Below, in pieces: positions 1-6,414 of a DNA stretch of 11,540 nt. The stretch lies in the NCBI GenBank assembly GCA_046758365.1, contig JBHIAC010000111.1:1-11540 (forward strand), given 5' to 3'. The notes below the pieces were generated by a model that was not told the origin of the DNA, searched no databases, and worked only from the letters and a program-made list of their open reading frames with translations. The DNA is from a bacterium. Lineage in GTDB: Bacteria > Zhuqueibacterota > Zhuqueibacteria > Oceanimicrobiales > Oceanimicrobiaceae. Both the position numbers and the translations under genes were made by a program. Positions within the stretch are counted from its first letter, which is position 1. The number at the start of each line of letters is the position of its first letter.

Positions 1-8
1 CTTTTTTG

Positions 9-50
9 TTTCAATTCAGTGGTCCCGCCTAGCGGGATGATTCAGTGGTC
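9..50. repeat. 40-bp repeat (intact copy): small hairpin TCCCGC-CTA-GCGGGA with direct repeat ATTCAGTGG(TC) on both sides
   Basis: Reverse complement of 9-48 (CCACTGAATCATCCCGCTAGGCGGGACCACTGAATTGAAA) equals 884-906 joined to 1131-1147, 40/40 by eye. ATTCAGTGGTC occurs at 14-24 and 40-50. Confidence 0.9.
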
Positions 51-128
51 GGATTCTCATGTATTAATTCAGCTATCCTGTTCACATCGCTAAATTCTTA
101 CTATTTCTTAAAGTTTTTTGCCTCTTAA

Positions 129-157
129 AATGTAAAACAAAAAACCCAAAATGTCAA
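129..157 (-). promoter_or_regulatory. Putative sigma70 promoter reading leftwards out of the window
   Basis: Minus strand TTGACA (157-152), 17 bp spacer, TACATT (134-129). It is divergent from the DUF3467 promoter. Confidence 0.5.
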
Positions 158-207
158 ACAATTTGAAGAATAAAATTATCGAATAAACATTTGAAAAAGC
201 TTTTCAA

Positions 208-236
208 TTGACTATTAAGAAAAATATTACTATACT
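208..236 (+). promoter_or_regulatory. Putative sigma70 promoter of the DUF3467 gene
   Basis: TTGACT (208-213), 17 bp spacer, TATACT (231-236). An AAGGAG RBS lies just upstream of ATG 274. Confidence 0.7.
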
Positions 237-273
237 TTATACAAGTCCTGTGTTTTAAGAAAGGAGAACCTTT

Positions 274-612
274 ATGAACCCAACCAACACACCTCAACAA
301 ATAAACGTGGAACTTGGGGAAAAAGAAGCTGAAGGAATCTATTCAAATTTAGCTTTAATATCTCATTCACCGGCTGAATTTGTGATTGACTTTACACGGA
401 TGCTGCCGGGCATACCGAAAACAAAAGTTTACGCCCGAATCATAATGACTCCTCAACATGCCAAGTCATTTCTTAACGCTTTAGAAGAAAATGTGGGAAA
501 ATATGAAAAACAGTTTGGCGAAATCAAAATTCATAGTGACCAAGCCCAACTTCAGAAAGCAATCGGGTTTAAGCTCCCACGCGAAGAGAGTGTTAGCCCA
601 AAAAACAAATAG
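274..612 (+). CDS. DUF3467 domain-containing protein
   Basis: 112 aa with the pattern EGIYSNLALISHSPAEFVIDF...ARIIMTPQHAKSFLNALEENV.KYE..FGEI typical of DUF3467. RBS and promoter are present. Confidence 0.85.
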   Translation: MNPTNTPQQINVELGEKEAEGIYSNLALISHSPAEFVIDFTRMLPGIPKTKVYARIIMTPQHAKSFLNALEENVGKYEKQFGEIKIHSDQAQLQKAIGFKLPREESVSPKNK

Positions 613-625
613 ATTTTTTACTAAA

Positions 626-940
626 ATGAAAGACAAAAATCTCCAGAAAAAATTCGAGTTTGTTATAAAAAGAATTACTATAAAACTCGCAACGGAATAC
701 AAACCAGAAAAAATAATTCTCTATGATTCTTTGGCAAATGGCAATCCTCGCGAAAATATTGACATTGATATGTTAATTATTAAAGATTTAAAAACAAAAA
801 ACTATTCTGATCGATGGATAGAAGTACGACGCTTAACTAGAGAGCTAACTGAAGGAATTTCATTTAAACCAATATTAGTTCGCCCACTGAATCATCCCGC
901 TAGGCGCTTTCGCGTCAACTTAAGTGAAAGTCCCCCTTAG
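626..940 (+). pseudogene. Degenerate minimal nucleotidyltransferase (MNT, PolB-like); 3' end disrupted by repeat/MITE
   Basis: From ATG 626: YKPEKIILYDSLANGNPRENIDIDMLII matches the MNT GS-x10-DxD motif but with G>D. The ORF runs into the repeat at 884 and stops inside the MITE (TAG 938-940). Confidence 0.7.
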
Positions 941-1121
941 CAAAGGGGGATTTAGGGGGTTGTATTTGTATATATTTCTGAGATGGTTGCTTAATTAAGA
1001 AACAGGAGCTAAGCATTTAACCAGAATGAATGAATTAATATAATAAAATAGGCTTTAACAACCCTATTTGTCCCCTTTTTTTAAGGAGGATATTACAGAA
1101 AAGCTTAAGTTGACGCCTATG
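907..1121. mobile_element. 215-bp non-autonomous MITE with 18-bp imperfect TIRs and 9-bp target-site duplication
   Basis: Left end CTTTCGCGTCAACTTAAG (907-924); right end reverse complement CATAGGCGTCAACTTAAG (1104-1121); 13 bp are a perfect match. CGCTAGGCG is duplicated at 898-906 and 1122-1130. The empty site is visible at 9-48. A CAT-type end with a 9-bp TSD would fit IS4-family mobilisation (inference). Confidence 0.88.
931..1090. repeat. Inverted pair of REP-like C/G-tract hairpins inside the MITE
   Basis: TCCCCCTT-AGCA-AAGGGGGA-TTTAGGGGGTTGT (931-963) and a degenerate inverted copy at 1058-1090 (24/33 ungapped identity by hand count). Confidence 0.7.
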
Positions 1122-1254
1122 CGCTAGGCGGGACCACTGAATTGAAAAAAAGGTCTTGTTTCTGTGGGATTTCCAGTTCCGTGGGCGTTTTTTTACTCGA
1201 GATTAAATCAGTAGTTAATTTTGACAATACCTTTTATCCTTTCAGGAGGAATTC

Positions 1255-3003
1255 ATGTTATCTCAAGCTTACGGCAGTTTTTCATTCGTATTGCATTCCC
1301 ATCTGCCTTATGTGATTGCACACGGCAAATGGCCTCACGGTATGGATTGGCTGAATGAGGCGGCAGCGGAAACTTATATTCCAATTTTAAATGTTTTAAA
1401 TGAAATGGTCGAGGAAGGATTACAGCCCAAACTCACTATCGGTATTACGCCCATTCTTACCGAGCAGTTAGCGGATGAGGCATTCAAATCTGAATTTCTC
1501 AGCTATCTTCAAAACAAAATCGAAGCGGCCATCGAGGACCTAAAACAGTTTGAGAAATACGGACAGGCGCACATGGTCAAACTGGCCAAAATGTGGCAGG
1601 ATTATTACACCAAGATTAAAGTTGATTTTGAAGTGAAATACCATTATGATATTGTGGGGGCTTACCGAGAACTTTTGGATGACGGGTATTTGGATATCCT
1701 CACCTGTGGAGCTACTCATGGCTATTTCCCACTGCTTTCTCAGGACATCAGCATCCAAGCTCAGGTGAAAATGGCCGTAAAAGCTCACAAACGACATTAT
1801 GGACGACAACCTCGCGGCATTTGGCTACCAGAATGCGCCTACCGGCCCAGGTACAAATGGGCCCCGCCGGTGGAGTCTAATGTCGGAACTAAACCTTACC
1901 CTAGAAAAGGGGTCGATGAATTTCTGAGCGAAAATGGTTTGGAATATTTCATTGTGGATTCGCATCTTCTGAAGGGTGGAAAAGCCATCGGCGTTTATAT
2001 CGATCGATTTGATGCTCTGAAGCGCTTATGGGCGCAGTACGAAAAGGAATTTGAATACACCACACAGGAGGAAGACTTCGAAAAAACGCCTTATGAACTT
2101 TATTTGGTCAGTTCTTCTCCGGAAGGCAAGAAGCCCGTGGCTATTTTTACCAGGGATCCGAAAACAGGTTTGCAAGTTTGGTCGGGCGAGCACGGCTACC
2201 CAGGGGACGGCTGGTATCTGGATTTTCATAAAAAGCACTTTCCTGGTGGACATCGCTACTGGCGGATAACCAGCGCAAAGAGTGATCTGGCGGATAAAGA
2301 GCCTTACGACCCTAAAATACCGCCCCAGCGCATTAAAGAAAATGCTGACCATTTTGTATGGCTGGTTAAGACCATTTTACGGGAGCGCTATGAAGCTACT
2401 GGCAGCCAAGGCATGCTCACTGCTCCTTTTGATGCTGAACTTTTTGGCCACTGGTGGTTTGAAGGGCCTGCCTTTCTGAAACTCGTGCTGAGCAAAATGG
2501 CCTCTGATCCCGAAATTGAATTATCCACATGTACGGAAGTATTAGATAAGAAGCAGCCCACTCAGGTAATTTCTCTGCCCGAAGGTTCCTGGGGCGAAGG
2601 TGGACACCACTTCATCTGGCTCAACGAAAATACCAGTTGGACCTGGAAACATATTTACAACGATGAATTAAGAATGCAGAAACTGGCGCAGGCATTGGGA
2701 GGTAAAAAAGATGGCAAGTTGCAAGACATCTTAAAACAAGCTGCTCGCGAACTCCTCCTGCTGCAATCATCTGACTGGCAGTTTCTCATCAGCACCTGGG
2801 CGGCGCGGGACTATGCAGAACTGCGTTTTCAAAAGCATGACAACGATTTTAACCGTCTGGCAGACATGGCTGAAGAATATGCTAAATCCGGAAAATTAGA
2901 CGACGGAAGTTGGAAACTCTTAGAAGACGTAAAAGCTCGGGACAAAATATTCCCAGATATAGAATTGGATTGGTTTAAAGGGATGGAATTTCCAGCGGAT
3001 TAA
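1255..3003 (+). CDS. Glycoside hydrolase family 57, 1,4-alpha-glucan branching enzyme type (with DUF1957 C-terminus)
   Basis: Motifs HSHLPY, EAAAETYIP, WLPECAY (nucleophile Glu), PFDAELFGHWWFEG (acid/base Asp) and ARELLLLQSSDWQF. AGGAGG RBS at 1244-1249. Confidence 0.93.
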   Translation: MLSQAYGSFSFVLHSHLPYVIAHGKWPHGMDWLNEAAAETYIPILNVLNEMVEEGLQPKLTIGITPILTEQLADEAFKSEFLSYLQNKIEAAIEDLKQFEKYGQAHMVKLAKMWQDYYTKIKVDFEVKYHYDIVGAYRELLDDGYLDILTCGATHGYFPLLSQDISIQAQVKMAVKAHKRHYGRQPRGIWLPECAYRPRYKWAPPVESNVGTKPYPRKGVDEFLSENGLEYFIVDSHLLKGGKAIGVYIDRFDALKRLWAQYEKEFEYTTQEEDFEKTPYELYLVSSSPEGKKPVAIFTRDPKTGLQVWSGEHGYPGDGWYLDFHKKHFPGGHRYWRITSAKSDLADKEPYDPKIPPQRIKENADHFVWLVKTILRERYEATGSQGMLTAPFDAELFGHWWFEGPAFLKLVLSKMASDPEIELSTCTEVLDKKQPTQVISLPEGSWGEGGHHFIWLNENTSWTWKHIYNDELRMQKLAQALGGKKDGKLQDILKQAARELLLLQSSDWQFLISTWAARDYAELRFQKHDNDFNRLADMAEEYAKSGKLDDGSWKLLEDVKARDKIFPDIELDWFKGMEFPAD

Positions 3004-3015
3004 AAGGAGGCTGTT

Positions 3016-3423
3016 CTGAAAATCTCAAATTCAAAAAAAGAGCAGCAGATTCAATACTGGCTAAGGGCTGCAGAGAAAGATCTACCGGTCATGGATCATT
3101 TGTTCGAGAAGGGAGATTACCATTATGCCTTATTCATTGGGCATTTGGTTTTAGAGAAAGTTCTCAAGGCCTTATTTGTAAAAAGAGTAAATAAAATTCC
3201 CCCTTTTAGTCATAGTCTGGTACTACTTGCGAATAAAGCTGATTTAATCTTGGATGACGAACAAAAGGAATTCTTAGAGATAGTTACGGATTTCAATATC
3301 GCAGCTCGATATCCAGACCAAAAATTTAAATTTTATAAAAAGTGTACTAAAGAATTTACAGAACCACAAATTCGTAAAATAAAGGAATATTATGAATGGC
3401 TGAAGAGCTTGGTCACATCTTAA
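3016..3423 (+). CDS. HEPN domain protein (HEPN-MNT module); start probably upstream of ATG 3091, at CTG 3016
   Basis: GDYHYALFIGHLVLEKVLKA, PPFSHSL and ARYPD are HEPN-typical. The in-frame upstream stretch encodes IQYWLRAAEKDL, the usual first helix. AGGAGG at 3005-3010. Confidence 0.82.
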   Translation: MKISNSKKEQQIQYWLRAAEKDLPVMDHLFEKGDYHYALFIGHLVLEKVLKALFVKRVNKIPPFSHSLVLLANKADLILDDEQKEFLEIVTDFNIAARYPDQKFKFYKKCTKEFTEPQIRKIKEYYEWLKSLVTS

Positions 3424-3743
3424 GAATCATACGACGATATGTAATTGAATTGCAAAAACAAAGAATAATTGTAAGCAAAGCATATTTGTACGGATCGTTC
3501 GCAAAAGGTCATCCAAATGAATTCAGCGATATCGATTTAGCTTTAATTTCCGAAGATTTTACTGGCGATTGGTTTGAAGATCGCCGAAGAATTGTGCCCT
3601 TGCGCCGAGAGATTGATGAGCGCCTCGAACCCATGCCATTCTTACACAAAGATTTCCACCAAGGCAATCCCCTGGCCGCGGATATTATGGAGCATGGGAT
3701 TGAGATTGAGTTGGATGCAGTGAAAATTAGTGATTCAGGTTAA
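3396..3743 (+). CDS. Minimal nucleotidyltransferase (MNT), partner of HEPN
   Basis: YLYGSFAKGHPNEFSDIDLALIS (GS-x10-DxD). It overlaps the HEPN 3' end. Confidence 0.88.
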   Translation: MAEELGHILRIIRRYVIELQKQRIIVSKAYLYGSFAKGHPNEFSDIDLALISEDFTGDWFEDRRRIVPLRREIDERLEPMPFLHKDFHQGNPLAADIMEHGIEIELDAVKISDSG

Positions 3744-3779
3744 GGATTATCATTAGCTCTATTTCCCTAATTCAAATTC

Positions 3780-4196
3780 CTAAAACAGTGGCTTTCCCGC
3801 CCATTCAAAAAGCATAAAAATCATAAAAAACACGGTCAGACCTCCAAAGAAGGCAACCGCCGCAAAGAATTTTAAATTAGCCTTCATCACCTCTCCATAT
3901 TCCAGCGCTGGAGTGACACTAATATTAGCGTCATCGGTCAGTTTAGCCTGACAGGCAAGACGCATTTTTGGTTTATCCCCAAAATGCAGCTTTTCTTTCC
4001 AGGTGGGTTGCGTGACGCAGTCTTGTGGCTCTACGATGATTCGGTCGGTTCCACACAGCCCAATACCGCGGCAATTAATAAATTTATTGACCCCACCATA
4101 AACAGAGACATTATTTATTTGGGCTATTTTTCTTATATCTTTTCCTGCTCTTGCGGTAACCGTTACATTAGGTTCTTCGAAGTGAACGGACGGCAT
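3780..4196 (-). CDS. 2Fe-2S ferredoxin-like protein with C-terminal transmembrane helix
   Basis: NCRGIGLCGTD...RLACQ; hydrophobic tail FFAAVAFFGGLTVFFMIFMLF; GAGG RBS upstream. Confidence 0.8.
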   Translation of the reverse strand: MPSVHFEEPNVTVTARAGKDIRKIAQINNVSVYGGVNKFINCRGIGLCGTDRIIVEPQDCVTQPTWKEKLHFGDKPKMRLACQAKLTDDANISVTPALEYGEVMKANLKFFAAVAFFGGLTVFFMIFMLFEWAGKPLF

Positions 4197-4275
4197 AGAC
4201 TTCCTCTTTCATTGTGAATTTTTAACTACTGCAAATTTTATTCTTTAGAAAAGGGTTTAGTATTTGTAATCAACC

Positions 4276-4394
4276 GTCACCAAGTCATTTCGCTATGCTG
4301 TCATTATTAGTTATTTGTCAGTTGATTATTATCAATTTTCAATCGTTAATGACGCTGAAGGCAAATGCCCCATTGACTTAATGACTGTATTGAT
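4276..4394. repeat. Intergenic inverted array of degenerate GTCATT / AATGAC short repeats
   Basis: Left: GTCATT 4284 and 4300, GTTATT 4310, GTCAGT 4317. Right: AATGAC 4348, AATGCC 4364, ATTGAC 4372, AATGAC 4380. Confidence 0.55.
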
Positions 4395-4424
4395 TCACAC
4401 GGTATTCATCTCAGCAATTATAAA

Positions 4425-4943
4425 TTAGGAGAGGTACTTTACAATTGCCCGGCTAAAATCCGGCAAATCATTCACATGTCTTGAACTGATTAAATTGCCA
4501 TCCAAAACAACAGCCTCGTCTGAATAGAGGGCGCCGGCATTGACCAAATCATCTTTTATGGCAGAAACACAAGTTGCACGTCTACCTGTTAAGATTTTTG
4601 CTGAAATGGGCACCCAGCCCGCATGGCAGATAAAGGCAATCATTTTGTTCGCATCATTAAATTCTCTAACAATTTCCAACACCCTTTGAAAGCGACGAAG
4701 TTTATCGGGTGCAAATCCACCAGAAATCACCAGACCATCAAACTCGTTGGTATTTACTTTATCTACCATGATATCAGGTGTGCAAGGGTATCCGTGTTTC
4801 CCCTTGTATTCTTTTATTTCAGGCGCTACAATGACCACTTCTGCCCCCTCTTCAATGAGCCGAAACTTTGGATACCAAAGTTCTAAATCTTCATAGAGTT
4901 CGTGGACAAAAAATAATATTTTTTTACCTTTTAGTACTGCCAT
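4425..4943 (-). CDS. PfpI/DJ-1 family (type 1 glutamine amidotransferase-like) protease/deglycase
   Basis: YEDLELWYP, GGFAPDKLR and ICHAGW (nucleophile Cys-His). Start ATG 4943 (MAVLKGKK) avoids overlap with the upstream gene. Confidence 0.9.
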   Translation of the reverse strand: MAVLKGKKILFFVHELYEDLELWYPKFRLIEEGAEVVIVAPEIKEYKGKHGYPCTPDIMVDKVNTNEFDGLVISGGFAPDKLRRFQRVLEIVREFNDANKMIAFICHAGWVPISAKILTGRRATCVSAIKDDLVNAGALYSDEAVVLDGNLISSRHVNDLPDFSRAIVKYLS

Positions 4944-4962
4944 TTTAATCCCATATTTTATT

Positions 4963-5727
4963 TCAGTTTTGAGTTGTTTGGTCAACATGTTCCATATTTT
5001 GAATTTGCTTTTTGGCCATGTTAGCTATCTCGGTATTGGGGTGATGTTGTACAAGTAATTTCCAATTTTTCAAAGCTTCTTCTTTATTGCCTATATGAGC
5101 ATAAATTAGGCCTAAATTATAAAGCCCAAACGCGTAGGTTGGTTCATTTGTTAAAATTTCCTTAATTAATGTAATCGCTTCATCGCTCCTGTTCATATTA
5201 CTATAAGTCATAGCCAAAAACATTTTTATATCTCTATTATCTGGTTCAATTTCTAAATGCATCTGTAAATATTTACCTGCTTTTTCATAACTACCCACGA
5301 AATAGAACATTTGGGCTAAACTATCTATGGCAACCAGGTCTTCGGGATTGGCTTCTATTTCACTTTGCAAGCGCTCAAGTGTTTTGTGCACCTGTTCCAT
5401 AGCTGCCATACTCTGTATGTTTTGTTCATCCTTACTCGCATTTGAAACTTGAAGAGGTTCGCTTTCTTTATTTCTCCAAAAAAGAAGTACTATGATTAAT
5501 GCAATAATTGGTATAAACATAAAAAGACCAACAGCAGACAACCAATTTCGTTTAACACTCTTTTCCTCTGACCTCCCCGTTACAAGAGTCCCACAGTTGT
5601 GGCAAAATTTAGCCTGAGGTTTTATGTTCACACCGCAATGGGTACAAACATCGTTAACTTTTGACCCACATTCGGGACAAAAAATCACATTTGCTGGTAA
5701 TTCAGCAGAACAATTTATACACTTCAT
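4963..5727 (-). CDS. Double zinc-ribbon + single TM + TPR membrane protein
   Basis: Four CxxC pairs (CINC, CPEC, CTHC, CHNC), TM segment WLSAVGLFMFIPIIALIIVLLFW, and about 3 C-terminal TPR repeats. Confidence 0.85.
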   Translation of the reverse strand: MKCINCSAELPANVIFCPECGSKVNDVCTHCGVNIKPQAKFCHNCGTLVTGRSEEKSVKRNWLSAVGLFMFIPIIALIIVLLFWRNKESEPLQVSNASKDEQNIQSMAAMEQVHKTLERLQSEIEANPEDLVAIDSLAQMFYFVGSYEKAGKYLQMHLEIEPDNRDIKMFLAMTYSNMNRSDEAITLIKEILTNEPTYAFGLYNLGLIYAHIGNKEEALKNWKLLVQHHPNTEIANMAKKQIQNMEHVDQTTQN

Positions 5728-5748
5728 GATTCTTTCCTCTAATAATTG

Positions 5749-6408
5749 CTAATCCCACTGCCTCCTAATTAGTCTCTTGAAATCTATTTTGTTAAATCTA
5801 TTTTCCGTGCCGTTAATCAATCTTCTAATATTTGAACGATGGGTGTAAAAAATTAGCCCGCCGACAAAAAGACTAAATAAAAAGAGTGAATTGGATATTG
5901 TATTTCCAGACATGCGTCCTAATAAAAGAAGCACAAATGGTAGAGAAGCCGCAGCCGTAATAGAACCTAATGAAACATAGCCAGTCATTAACACCATGGT
6001 CAGAAAAATAACAAAACAAATTAAAGCAGCCCAAGGATATAGTGCTATAAGCATTCCTGCAGCGGTAGCAACGCCTTTGCCGCCTTTGAATTTTGCCAAG
6101 ACCGTCCAAATATGACCCAAGACGGCCGAAAGCCCTGCAATAATTTGAATCAGTCCGTAATCGAGATTTACTGGATCTATTCTGATTTTGGCAATCAAAA
6201 GAGTTGCTAATATACCTTTTCCTACATCAACGACTGCTACAAAAAGACCGGGCTTCCAACCCAGAACCCTAAAGACATTAGTGCCTCCAGCATTTTTACT
6301 ACCATACTCCCGAATATCAATACGTCTTAACATTCTTCCCACGACAATACTTGTCGGGAAAGAGCCCACAAGGTAAGCTAATCCAATTATTAAAATAAGC
6401 GAATACAT
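5749..6408 (-). CDS. plsY: Glycerol-3-phosphate acyltransferase (acyl-phosphate dependent)
   Basis: YLVGSFP, DIREYGSKNAGGTNVFR, GHIW..FKGGKGVATAAG and HRSNIRRLINGTE are PlsY motifs. Confidence 0.95.
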   Translation of the reverse strand: MYSLILIIGLAYLVGSFPTSIVVGRMLRRIDIREYGSKNAGGTNVFRVLGWKPGLFVAVVDVGKGILATLLIAKIRIDPVNLDYGLIQIIAGLSAVLGHIWTVLAKFKGGKGVATAAGMLIALYPWAALICFVIFLTMVLMTGYVSLGSITAAASLPFVLLLLGRMSGNTISNSLFLFSLFVGGLIFYTHRSNIRRLINGTENRFNKIDFKRLIRRQWD

Positions 6409-6414
6409 GATTCT

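Larger units (their letters stand above)
884..1147. repeat. Second, inverted copy of the 40-bp repeat, split by the MITE
   Basis: 884-906 plus 1131-1147 equals the reverse complement of 9-48. Confidence 0.9.

Noticed and set aside
14..50. Possible CRISPR repeat-spacer-repeat
   Set aside because: The repeats are only 9-11 bp, there are two units, the same 'spacer' recurs in the second copy, and no cas genes are present.
491..625. N-terminal extension of the MNT ORF from 491
   Set aside because: It overlaps the DUF3467 gene out of frame. MNT-like sequence begins only after ATG 626.
1221..1249. TTGACA upstream of GH57 as a -35 box
   Set aside because: The position 17 bp downstream is the RBS (AGGAGG), and there is no -10 hexamer.
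1540..2479. Short alternative-frame and antisense ORFs within GH57
   Set aside because: They are shadows of a well-supported gene and have no motifs. The same applies to 481-702, 3984-4217, 4623-4886, 5873-6376, 7313-7507 and 7997-8236.
3001..3003. GH57-HEPN fusion by stop-codon readthrough
   Set aside because: GH57 is complete at this TAA, and a strong separate RBS follows. The shared frame has a 1-in-3 chance.
4944..4988. Longer PfpI start at 4988
   Set aside because: It overlaps the upstream TPR gene. The family fold starts at MAVLKGKKILF (4943).
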